Source: Raja brachyura | Lineage: Eukaryota | NCBI GenBank assembly: GCA_963514005.1 | Contig: CAUPSL010001549.1 | Span: forward strand, 1 to 48,786 | Length of the DNA: 48,786 bases | Direction: 5' to 3' | Part shown: in pieces, positions 23,948-34,344 of the stretch | Layout: every line of letters begins with the position of its first letter | Position numbering within the stretch: position 1 is the first letter of the stretch | Program-made: the position numbers and the translations under genes | The notes under the pieces: generated by a model | What the model was told of the DNA's origin: nothing | Databases searched by the model: none | The model's input: the letters and a program-made list of their open reading frames with translations, nothing else

Positions 23948-24926
23948 CATAGAATATAGAAACATAGAATATAGGTGCAGGAGCAGGCCATTCGGCCCTT
24001 CGAGCCTGCACCGCCATTCAAGATGATCATGGCTGATCATCCACCTCAGTATCCCTTACCTGCCTTCTCTCCATACCCCCTGATCCGTTTAGCCACAAGG
24101 GTCACATCTAACTCCCTCTTAAATATAGCCAATGAACTGGCCTCAACTATCTTCTGCGGCAGACAATTACAGAGATTCACCACTGTCTATGTGAAAAATG
24201 TTTTTCACATCTCGGTCCTAAAATATTTCCCCCTTATCCTTAAACTGTGACCCCTTGCAGTAGACTTCGCCAACATCGGGAAAAATCCTCATGCATCTAG
24301 CCTGTCGAACCCCTTCAGAATGTTGTAAGTTTCTATAAGATCCCCCCTCAATCTTCTAAATTCTAGCGAGTGCAAGCCGAGTCTATCCAGTCTTTCTTCA
24401 AATGAAAGTCCTGACATCCCAGGAATCAGTCTGGTGAACCTTCTCTGTACCCCCTCTATGGCAAGAATGTATTTCCTCAGATTAGGAGACAAAATGTGTA
24501 CGCAATACTCCAGGTGTGGTCTCACCAAGACCCTGTACAACTGCAGTAGCACGTCCCTGCTCCTATACTCAAATCCTTTTGCTATGAATGCCAACATACC
24601 ATTCGCTTTCTTCACTGCCTGCGCCACCTGCATGCCTACTTTCAATGACTGGTGTACCATGACACCCAGGTCTCGTTGCATATCCCCTTTTCCTAATCGG
24701 CCACCATTCAGATAAAAGTCTACCTTCCTGTTTTTGCCACTACAGTGGATAACCTCACATTTATCCACATTATAGCGCATCAGCCATGCATTTTCCCACT
24801 CACCCAGCCTACCCAAGTCACCTTGCAACCTCCTAGTATCCTCCTCACAGCAAACACTGACCCCCAGCTTCGTGTCATCCGCAAACTTGGAGATGTTGCA
24901 TTCAATTTCCTCCTCCAAATCATTAA
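23948..24926 (-). mobile_element. CR1 LINE 3' part
   Basis: ORF 24289-24918: ISKFADDTKLG...VRPHLEYCV..., plus 3'UTR and tail. Confidence 0.93.
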
Positions 24927-25700
24927 TCTATATTACTAAAAGCCTGATCTTGACCGCTTTTGGCTCCCTGTGCTGTGATTTCCGAGAGCGCCGCCACCTA
25001 CGGCCGTCATTTGTGGCCAGCTCGCTCATGGCCCCACTCCGCCTTCCTGGACCAGAGGAGTTTTCCCATCGATGAAAAATCAAAGAGATATTAATGTTTT
25101 CAAAAAATTCCCATTTGCAAAAAGTGTCTATGTTGGTTATAAAACGGTTGCAAAAAGTGTCTCTATTGGTTCTAAAATGGTTGCAAAAAGTGAGCCTATT
25201 GGTTCTAAAATACTTGCAGAAAGTGTCTATTGGTACTAACATGCTTGCAAACCGTGGCTCTATTGGCTCTAAATTGCTTGCAAAAAGTGTCTATTGGTTC
25301 TAAATTGCTTGCAAAATGTGTCTCTATTGGTTGTAAAATGATTGCGAAAAGTGTATTTTGGTTCAAAAATGCTTGCAGAAAATGTCTTGGTTCTAAAATG
25401 CTTGCAAAAAGTGTCTCTATTGCTTCAAAAATGCTTGCAAAAAGTGTCTATTGGCTCTAAAATGCTTGCAAAAAGTGTCTGTTGGGTCTAAAATGCTCGC
25501 AGAAAGTGTCTCTATTTGGTCAATAATGCTCGCAGAAAGTGTCTCTATTGGTTCTAAAATTCCCTCAAAAAGTGTCTCTATTGGCTCTAGCATGCTTGCA
25601 AAACGTGTCTGGATTGGGTGTAAAATGCTTGCAAAAAGGGTATCGATCGGGTCCAAATTGGTTGCAAAAAGTGTCTCTATTGGGTCTAAACAGGTTGCAA
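24927..25700 (+). mobile_element. Helitron-like non-autonomous element (5' end) carrying a minisatellite
   Basis: CR1 sequence ...CATTAA is replaced by TCTATATTACTAAAAG, an A|TC start typical of Helitron 5' termini. No 3' CTAG end seen. Confidence 0.5.
25113..25700 (+). repeat. ~33-bp minisatellite, about 17-18 diverged copies
   Basis: Consensus AAAATGCTTGCAAAAAGTGTCTCTATTGGTTCT repeated head to tail without spacers. Confidence 0.9.
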
Positions 25701-25714
25701 CTGGATAAACTGGA

Positions 25715-26088
25715 TAAAAATGTGTGCATTTAACCTTTCCATTCCCCTCGTGATTTTATACGCATCTATACGATCATATCGCATCATAATGCACTCCAAG
25801 GAAAAAGAGCTAACGCACCACTTCTCCACATAACTCAGGCTCCTCGAGTCCTGGCGATATCCTCGTAAATCGTCTATGCGCGTTTTCCAGTTTAATAACA
25901 TCCTTCATAATCAGGATGCCAAAGTTGAACAGCAAACTACAATTCCACCCGATCTATTCCCTCACGTGATTTTATACACCTCTATAAGATCACCCCTCAG
26001 CCTCCTGCGTTCCAAGGAACATAGGTCTAGCCTGCCCCAAAGTTTCCCCAAATTAGAGGTCACCCCTCATCCTCCTGCGCTCCAACAA
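25715..26088 (-). mobile_element. Old CR1 fragments with local duplications (continues at ~27050-27190)
   Basis: Repeated GATTTTATACACCTCTATAAGATCACCCCTC / CTCCTGCGCTCCAA, the reverse of the LERRRLRGDLIEVYKI motif. Confidence 0.6.
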
Positions 26089-26089
26089 A

Positions 26090-27050
26090 AACCGGACCAG
26101 ATGTGGCGGCGCTGCCTGGCAGCTGGGGCTCGCCTGCAGTCCGTCTGTTTTTTTTCTTTTTTGTCGTTGTTTTGCTTATGTCTGTTTTAGTTTAGTTTAG
26201 TTTAGTTAGTTAATTAGATTGTGTAAGTGTGTGTGGGGGGGGGGGAGAAACATGGTTTGGTCTCTTCCTTCGCGGGGATACGACCTTTTCTTGTTGTGTC
26301 CCCTGTCTCCGTCTGCGCTGAGGCCTAATGGCGGAGCTGACGGCCTCGGGGCTGACGGCCTCGGGCGGCGTTCGCGGCAGCGGCAGCGGCAGTGGCCCCA
26401 CTGGCCCGACCTGGCAGCAGCAGCGGCCCGACTTGGAGCTGTGGCGGCACTCCGGCGTTCCGGTAGCGGCAGTGGCCGACTTGGAGCTGCGGCCCGACTT
26501 GGAGCTGTGGCGGCACTCCGGCGTTCCGGTAGCGGCAGCGGCCCCGGCCCGGCTTGGAGCTCTGGCCTGACTTTGGAGCTGTGGCGGTGTTCTGGCGTTT
26601 CGGCGGCAGTGGCGGCGCGGCTTCCGAGGCCCGGCCGCGGGCCCAGTGGACGACATCGGCGGCAGCTCGCAGGTCACCGCTGGACTGGAGGGCGGCAGCT
26701 TCGGCAGCTTTGACCGCCCCGGGCCGCGGAGTTTGAATCGGCCCGTTCGCGGAGCTGGATTCAGCCGCGGGACTGACTCACTTACCAACACCCGGCGGTG
26801 TCACGACATCGGAGGCCTGGATCGCCTCAGCGCAGAGAGAGAACAAGGAAGGAAGAGACAAAGTCTAAGACTTTTGCCTCCCATCACAGTGAGGAGATGT
26901 TTGGTGAACTCACTGTGGCGGATGATAAATTTGTGTTTATTGTGTGTTTTTGTTACTTTTCATATATGTATGACTGCAGGCATGAAATTTCGTTCAGACC
27001 GAAAGGTCTGAATGACAATAAAGGTTATCTGAATCTGAATCTGAATCTGA
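26090..27050 (+). mobile_element. GC-rich non-autonomous retroposon-like insertion with (ATCTGA)n tail
   Basis: Interrupts a CR1 fragment. Internal ~50-60-bp GC-rich tandem duplications at ~26420-26610. Ends AATAAAGGTT(ATCTGA)4. Confidence 0.55.
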
Positions 27051-27268
27051 AAAGAGGTCCAAGCCTACCCCAACCCTTCCCTATAGCCCAGGCCCCTCGA
27101 GTCATGGCAACATCCTGTGAAATATTCCCTGTGCTTATTCGAATTAACAACATTCTTCATTTCGCAGGGCGAGCGAAAAATGAACACTGAAGTTCGTACG
27201 GCATAGCTGAAACAATGAGACGGGAGGGAACTAAAATAAATTAGAATTATTTGAATATTATCACTTAC

Positions 27269-27305
27269 GTTGGAACCATAGAAGGAGGCACAACAACAGT
27301 AACAT
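27269..27305 (-). pseudogene. TRBV: Leader exon of V4 (MLLLLCLLLWFQ)
   Basis: ATG TTA CTG TTG TTG TGC CTC CTT CTA TGG TTC CAA C|gtaagt: 37 nt, phase 1, compatible with the V4 exon (C+AT = His). Confidence 0.8.
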
Positions 27306-27416
27306 CTTTAGTTGTAATGTATCCTGCTATTATTGGCAGCGGAGAGGAAGCACTTCTTTTGCTAGCAATGGATTAGCCAAAGAACCTCCAATATGGCTTG
27401 CGACACGCCCCAGTAG

Positions 27417-27431
27417 CGTCAGCTAGCCAAT
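27417..27431 (-). promoter_or_regulatory. Candidate V4 promoter: CCAAT box + CRE half-site
   Basis: Minus strand ATTGGCTAGCTGACG, ~110-125 nt upstream of the V4 ATG. Confidence 0.35.
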
Positions 27432-27469
27432 CCGAAGTAAAGAAATTGTTGATCCGCTTTAACTGCGTC

Positions 27470-27600
27470 CTGATAAGATGCGTTCAACGGCGTTACTGTA
27501 GAGCTTGGTGATGGTTGTTGACGCATGACGAACTTCATAATATTTCCAAGGAAGTAGAGGCGTTGTTTTTCTTCATTGGGCATTGCTTCGATATGGTTTC
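27470..27600 (-). mobile_element. Rex1-type LINE fragment
   Basis: QRLYFLGNIMKF-like motif on the minus strand. Confidence 0.5.
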
Positions 27601-28157
27601 GATAATGGAGATAGAGATATGTGGTGAGCGAGAGCGGGTAGAAAGAAAGTGAGGGGAAGATCGATAAATTTGGCGAGAGAGAGAGAGAAGCAGAGCGAAG
27701 GAGAGGGAAGGAGAGTAATAAATGGAGTGAAAAATAGTGTAAGAAAGGTTTCAAGGTTTCACGGGTTTCAAGGTCAGTTTATTGTCACATTTACCATTTA
27801 AGGTACGACAAAAAGCAACGACACACAACTATATAAAAGTTAATATAAACATCCACCACAGCGGATCCCCCACGATCCTCATTGTGATGGAAGGCAACAA
27901 AGTCAAATTTCTTTCCTCATTATTCTTAAAGAGCGCGGGAAAGGAAGAGAAGGTAGTGAAAGAGTGAGAGAAAGAAAGAGAGAGAGAGAGAGCGAAAGAG
28001 AGAGTGAGAGAGATAGAAATAGAAAGAGAGAAATGCAGAAAGAAAGAAAGAGGGGATTACGAGAATGTTATTTAATGACAAACTCTATCGTGAGTCGGCC
28101 CGAGTCCATATCTATGTGAGACATCAAGTCATAGAGTGATACAGTATGGCCAACTTC

Positions 28158-29150
28158 ATAGAAACATAGAAACATAGAAAAATAGGTGCAGGAATAAGCC
28201 ATTTGGCCCTTCGAGCCTGCACCGCCATTCAATGTGATCATGGCTGATCACCCAACTCAGTATCCCGTACCTGCCTTCTCTCCATACCCCCTGATCCCTT
28301 TAGCCACAAGTGCCACATCTAACGCCCTCTTATATATAGCCACTGAACTGGCCTCAACTACCTTCTGTGGCAGAGAATTCCAGAGACTTACCACTCTCTG
28401 TGTAAAGAATGTTTTCCTCATCTCGGTCCTAAAGGAATCCCCCCAACATCGGAAACAATCTTCCAGCATCTAGCTTGTCCAACCCCTTAAGAATTTTGTA
28501 AGTTTCTATAAGATCCCCCCTCAATCTTCTAAATTCCAGCGGGTACAAGCCGAGTCTATCCAACCCTTCCTCATATGAAAGTCCTGACATCCCAGGAATC
28601 AGTCTGGTGAATCTTCTCTGTACCCCCTCTGTGGCAAGGATGACTTTCCTCAGATTTGGAACCAAAACTGTACGCAATAGTCCAGGTGTGGCCTCACCAA
28701 AACCCTGTACAACTGCAGTAGAACCTCCCTGCTCCTATACTCAAATCCTTTCGCTATGAATGCTAACATACCATTTGCTTTATTCACTACCTGCTGCACC
28801 TGCATGCCTACTTTCAATGACAGGTGTACCATGACACCCAGGTCTCGTTGCATCTCCCCTTTTCCTAATCTGCCACCATTCAGATAATAGTCTACCCTCA
28901 TGTTTTTGCCACCAAAGTGGATAAACTCACATTTATCCACATTATACTGCATCTGCCATGCATCTGCCCATTCACTCAGCCTATCCAAATCACCCTGCAG
29001 CCTCCAAGCATCCTCCTCACACGTAGGTATACCCCCCCAGCTGGTGTCATCTGCAAATTTGGAGATGTTGCATTGAATTCCCTCGTCCAAATCATTAATA
29101 TATATTGTAAATAGCTGGGGTCCCAGCACTGAGCCTTGCGGTACCCCACA
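28158..29150 (-). mobile_element. 5'-truncated CR1 LINE
   Basis: GVPQGSVLGPQLF, KFADD, ...GYGEKAGTGY*; (CTATGTTT)n tail at ~28158-28180. It sits inside an older CR1 3' fragment extending to ~29485. Confidence 0.93.
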
Positions 29151-29498
29151 ACTTCGGACCAACTTGCCCACACCGGCCGACATGTCCCAGCTACACTAGC
29201 CTCACTTCCCCGCGTTTGGTCCATATCCCTCTAAACCTGTCCTATCCACTTAACTCTCTAATTATTACTGTGTCTGAAATGCGGAGATTGTCCCTGCCTC
29301 AACTTCCTCCTCTGGCAGCTTGTTCCACACACGCACCACCCTTTGTGCGAAAAGGTTACCTCTCAGATTCCAATTAAATATTTTCCACTTCACTTTCAAC
29401 CTGTCCTCTGGTCCTCGATTCACTAATCAGGGCAAGAGACTCTGTGCGACTACCCGATGTATTCCTCTCGTGGTTTTATACATTTCCACATGATTCGG

Positions 29499-29539
29499 AT
29501 TGGTTACCCTAGTAGAAGGGGCGTTTATATGCCACGTCA
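29499..29539 (+). promoter_or_regulatory. Candidate V5 promoter: inverted CCAAT + CRE-like site
   Basis: ATTGG at 29499-29503 and CCACGTCA at 29532-29539, 100-140 nt upstream of the V5 ATG. Confidence 0.4.
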
Positions 29540-29639
29540 TTCCTGTCCCACCCCTTGCACAGTGCGATCCCGTTGCACTCCCACGTCCGACGCTCGATCT
29601 CCTCACTTCTGGCATTGAGTGGAGAGAGCCCACTGAAAG

Positions 29640-29676
29640 ATGTTTCTCCTTCTCGCTGTGGGGACCTGGTTTCATT
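29640..29676 (+). CDS. TRBV: Leader exon of V5 (MFLLLAVGTWFH)
   Basis: ATG TTT CTC CTT CTC GCT GTG GGG ACC TGG TTT CAT T|gtaagt: 37 nt, phase 1. Confidence 0.9.
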
Positions 29677-29699
29677 GTAAGTGGGATTCACCGAACGCC

Positions 29700-30560
29700 C
29701 TTCTCTCTTCCCCTGCTTCCATCTCCCACGTCTCTCCCATTCCCTTCCCTCTGCATTTATCTCTCCCCGTTTTTCCCACTCTATCATTCTCTATCTCCTC
29801 GCTCTCTCTCTCTCTTTCCCCTTTGTTCTTTACCTCTCCCTCTCCTCCTCTAACAATCTCTCCCCGTCTCTCTCTGTGCCGCATCACTCTATCGCCCACT
29901 TTCTATCTCTCTCTCTTCCACATCTCCCTATATCGCCCCCTCTTTCTCTCTCCATTTACCCATCTTCGCTTTATCTCTCATCTCTCTCTCCTTCCCCACA
30001 TCTCTCTCTATCCCTTCCCATGTTTATCTCCCCCTCAATATTACGCTACAAATCACTTTCCCCTGAATTATTTATCTCACCCTCTCCTTCTCTATCAATC
30101 GCTCTCTCGTCTCGCTCCACCTGACCCCTTCACTTCACCTCTCTCTCTCCTTTCTCAGTACTTCTCCGAATCTCTGTTGTATCCTCTAATTCTACTCCAC
30201 ACTTTCTCTCTGCCTCCCCAATATATCTCACCTTGCCTCATTTCTCTCAACCCCCATCTTCCTCTCACTACGCTCTCTCCTCCACTCTCCCTCAATCTAT
30301 CTCCCTCACATCACAACTTTCTGTCCTCTCTCCCTCTCTGTAACCTGTCCTCCACTCTGATTTATTTCAATTTATTTCTCCATCTCCACATTCCCCGATG
30401 TCTCCAACCTTTCCCCCTCTCTACCCCCTCCTCCCCTCCTCCCTCTGATTCTATCTTCACATCACTCAATGCGTTCCCGTCTCCCTCCCTAATCACCCTT
30501 CCACATATTCTCTCGAACTCCCCGCGTCCTCCTACACCTCATCCATCCCCATTTATTGCC
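29700..30560 (+). repeat. CT-rich low-complexity tract forming most of the V5 intron
   Basis: Visible pyrimidine bias. Confidence 0.8.
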
Positions 30561-30637
30561 ATTCCCTCGAATGTCCGTCGCTCACACCGTCCCCAGTTCT
30601 TTTTCACTCTACCCACTCTTTGTCACTCTATTTCCAG

Positions 30638-30936
30638 ATGTGAGCTCTGTGACCGTCCGCCAGAGTCCAACCACGTTTTCAGGAGATCCCGGGAAATTAT
30701 TGGAGCTGCGCTGCACGGCGGAGGGAGGGGGAAACAGTGACTCTATGTACTGGTACGTGCAGTCCGCCGGGGAGGGGTTCCGGTGCCTGTTCTATTCCAC
30801 GACTAACATGCACGTGGAACCGAAAGAGACTGCGAACGGTCTCTCCGCGGTCAGAAAAGACAACAACCGGATCGATCTGGAGTTCACCGACCTGGTGGCG
30901 AATCACTCAGCCCGGTATTTCTGCGCATGGAGTATA
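30638..30936 (+). CDS. TRBV: TCR beta-like V exon (V5), intact, TRBV30-like family
   Basis: Acceptor tttccag|AT. Open frame VSSVTVRQSPTTFSGDPGKLLELRCTAEGGGNSDSMYWYVQSAGEGFRCLFYSTTNMHVEPKETANGLSAVRKDNNRIDLEFTDLVANHSARYFCAWSI, with both canonical Cys and the Trp, followed by a 23-RSS. Confidence 0.93.
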
Positions 30937-30975
30937 CACAGCGATGCGGCGAGGCGGCCGAGGTCGAAAAAAACC
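30937..30975 (+). other. 23-RSS of V5
   Basis: CACAGCG + 23-nt spacer (ATGCGGCGAGGCGGCCGAGGTCG) + AAAAAAACC. Confidence 0.92.
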
Positions 30976-31399
30976 CTCCTTGCCTTTTTAAAAATGGGGG
31001 GAGGTGTCTGTCGATGGGAGAACAGGTGCCCCTTCCCCCGGTTTGAGAAGCGCGGGGAGCGGTGCGACCTCAGGAGGGGACGATGGGTATCATCTCCAGA
31101 TAAAAGAACAGCAGATGCCGCAGGAGTATGAGGTATATTCTTAAAGAGACGTATAAGATCAGGAGGGGAACCTCTAATCCAGGTATCATTCTGATACGCC
31201 TCTTCCGTACCGTCTCCAGCGCCTTCACATCCTTCCTGTAATGGGAACCACCAGAATTGTACGCAAATGCGACCTGCTCAACATCCTATAAAGCTGCATA
31301 GTGACTTCCTGATTCTTACACTGAATTCCACTAACGATTAAGTCAGGTATACCATACGCTGTTAGGGGACCCCTTACAATGTCCACTTAGCTCCCAAGA

Positions 31400-32915
31400 T
31401 TTATTTTAAAACGGTAAACAGGGTCACGAAGATGGCTTTCGTCATATTTGCCTTCATCAGACAGGGTATTGGATATAAAGGCTTCCAGTTTATGTTACTG
31501 TTGCACGAGCTATTGGTGAGACTACATTTGGAGTACCAGACATTTGGACTATTATGTTCACTTTTGGAGACCCTATTATGGGTAAGTTGTTGTTAAGCTG
31601 GATAAGTGCTGCGAGCATTTACGAATATGTTGCCAGGACTCGAGGGCTTGAGCTATAGGGAGTGATTGACTAGGCTAGGATTGGAGCGCAGGAGGATGTG
31701 GCGTGGTCTTATAGTAGCAATGTTACAACATTTTGAGATTTAAAAAATCAAGTCTGCCAAAATCAAAATCAATCAGATAAAGCACAAAAAGAAGTTTAAT
31801 TTGACACCTAATTCACTTTCAAATCCTCACTATTAAAAAAGGTATGGCCATTATCATACTCGGAAATTAGCATCTTGTTCCCCATTGCCTTTCCATTGAC
31901 TTAACTCAAAAGCTGTGATCGAGGACAGTCAAAAGCCCATAACGTCTTAAAAATTAAGAGAACTCAATGAAATTTTCAGTTATTATAGATTGAAGCATTG
32001 TGAAACAAATATGAAACAATCTTACTTGGATGACCAGAAATTAAAGCATATAATTAGTTAGTCACCTAATTGTAGCCAATTACAAAATTCAATTACTAGA
32101 TCAAACATCTATCCATTTCTTAAGAAATGATAAACATTTTTAAATTGCCTAAGTCTACAAATAATATTCATACAATAATCCACAATATAACATGATTTTT
32201 TATTCTCATTTTCATGAATTTATAGGCCAAATTGAAGGAATTTAGTGTTTAATTCCTGTAAATTAATGGCCATTAAAATCAACATGCTCGTGGGTTTTAG
32301 TGAAACGCGGTGGATTAAAACTTTGCGGTTTGCGGTGAATTTAGCCCACAGTCGGCAGGAAAAATACAGCCGGTTCGTATATATTTTTGTCCCCTTTTCG
32401 CATGATGAAAATGTGATTAAAGGTTTCCGAAGGAGCACATTTTTATGTAAAAATAAACTGTGTATCTTCTTTTATCGCCTACGTTAGGTCCGTTCCACTG
32501 TCGGCGCTCACGGCTTTAGAAGATGATCTTTAAACTACTCTAGCTAACATATGATCAAGCGTAGTTTAAAAATACCTTCATAAAACAAATGTCGGAGCGA
32601 TTTCTCTTTAGCACCGAAATCGCCTGAGATTGATCGATTTGGACTGTCTGGGGAAAAACGGCATTTTAAATCCGCCCCCCTCTGAAAGGCGCCAAATTCG
32701 CGCACATGGGGAGTGGCAGAACTGCAGCGCCGCTAAAGGTAGGTATTGTAACATATCTACTTATAGAGGTGCGTAAAATCACGATGGGAATAAATAGGGT
32801 AAATTCATACATTTACCCAGTGTAGGGAAATTAAGAATCAAAAACCAGAGGCCATACGTTTAAGATGAGAGGCGAAAAATTGAACAGGAACCTGTGGGAC
32901 AATGTTTTTTCAGCA
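31400..32915 (+). mobile_element. Old CR1 fragment split by a DNA element
   Basis: LVRLHLEY...; the sequence GGTCTTATAG|insert|CTTATAGAGGTGCGTAAAATC rejoins into the CR1 GDLIEVYKI region. Confidence 0.6.
31715..32759. mobile_element. Non-autonomous TIR DNA transposon (~1.05 kb)
   Basis: Left end TAGCAATGTTACAA; reverse complement of the right end TAGATATGTTACAA (12/14). Flanking direct repeat CTTATAG (31708-31714 and 32760-32766). AT-rich, non-coding interior. Confidence 0.75.
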
Positions 32916-34344
32916 CAGTTTGTTCACAGATGTTATCGTGTAAATGAACCGTCCAATCACCAACAAGAGCGCGGTCCTGGCCCTTTTACTGATTGAAGAT
33001 CTTCGAACGATATTTAATCGGACTTTCCTGGACTTTATCTTGTACAAAAGATTATAACTTTATCCTTTATGGTTCCACTCTGGATGTATTGATTGTAATC
33101 ATTTGCAGACTGGATTGCGCTCAACCCAAAAAAAACTTCCACTGTACCTCGATGCACGTGACAATATACACCAAACTAAACTAATCTAATCTACATAAAC
33201 TAAACTAAATCGAACCAAATAAAATAGACATGTAAGCTAATTGGTTTGATAAAATACTAAATCGTTCCTAGTGTGAATGGCGCGGGGATCGCTGGTCGCC
33301 AGCGACTCGGTGGGCCGAAGTTGGATCTCTAAACTAAATGAATCGATACTTTTCCTGCCAGCATAACCAAGGGCCAGTCTCATCCCAGTGTCATCCCATC
33401 TTATCAGGCAAGAGAGACATAAGTGTGAAAAAGCATACTTCCAGATTCAGGGACAGTTTCATCCCAGCTGTGATCAGGCAACTGAACCAACAACAAAAGC
33501 GGTCCTGACCTCTTGTATAACCTCACTGAAGACAGTCAGACTATCGTTCAAAGGGACTTTACTGGACTTTATCTTGCATTAAACGTAATTTCCTTTATCA
33601 TGCATCAGTACACAATGGACGGCACGATAATAATCACGTGTGACTGGATAGCGTGCAACAAAAATCCACACTGATCTACACAAACTCCAGGTTATCAAAC
33701 ATTTTAACACCCTTTCCAACTCCCACATTGATATTTATCTCCTGGGCCTCCTGTTCCTTCAGAGTGAGGCTGAACGTAAATTGAAATAACAGCACCTCAT
33801 GTTTCGCTTGGGCAATTTACCACCCAGATTTATCTAAGATTAATAATCCTTACATTCTCCTTCCCGTCCTTTCCTACTCAATCAACGTTTCTGTTCAACT
33901 GACAGTGATATTTCCCCTCATTTCTTACCTCTCTGCCCCCTCTCTCTCTCTCTCTCTCGATTTCTCTCTCTTTCTCTCCCTCTTTCCCTCTCTATCCCCT
34001 CTCTCTTTCGTTCTCTCTCCGTCTCTATCCATCTCTGCCCCCTCACTCTCTTTTTCTGTATCTCCCTCTGTAACTCTCTCTCTCTCTTCCCCTCCACCTC
34101 ATCTCCCCCCTCTCCCCACCTGTCCACCTCCCCCCTCATCTGTCTATCCCTCTGACCCTCAGTCAGGGGTGGGAGATTGCAACCTTGACGTGGTCCGCCC
34201 TGTTTCAACTAATGCAATCAACCCGACGTGCACAATCAAATGTGATCAATTAGAACAAGTTGCCTTACAACTTTAGGCTGCGCACGCCATACGCAAGAAG
34301 AAGAAGAAAACCCTTTCTTTCTCTATTGCTCCTTTTCTCTCCTG

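Noticed and set aside
25113-25700. CRISPR-like periodicity
   Set aside because: Units are adjacent, without unique spacers, in eukaryotic DNA with no cas genes; it is a minisatellite.
26210-26791. GC-rich ORFs in several frames
   Set aside because: Stop-poor GC-rich repeat interior with tandem duplications; no coding evidence.
29640-30740. 366-aa ORF starting at the V5 ATG
   Set aside because: Read-through of the leader into the stop-poor pyrimidine intron; the spliced leader-V structure explains the ATG.
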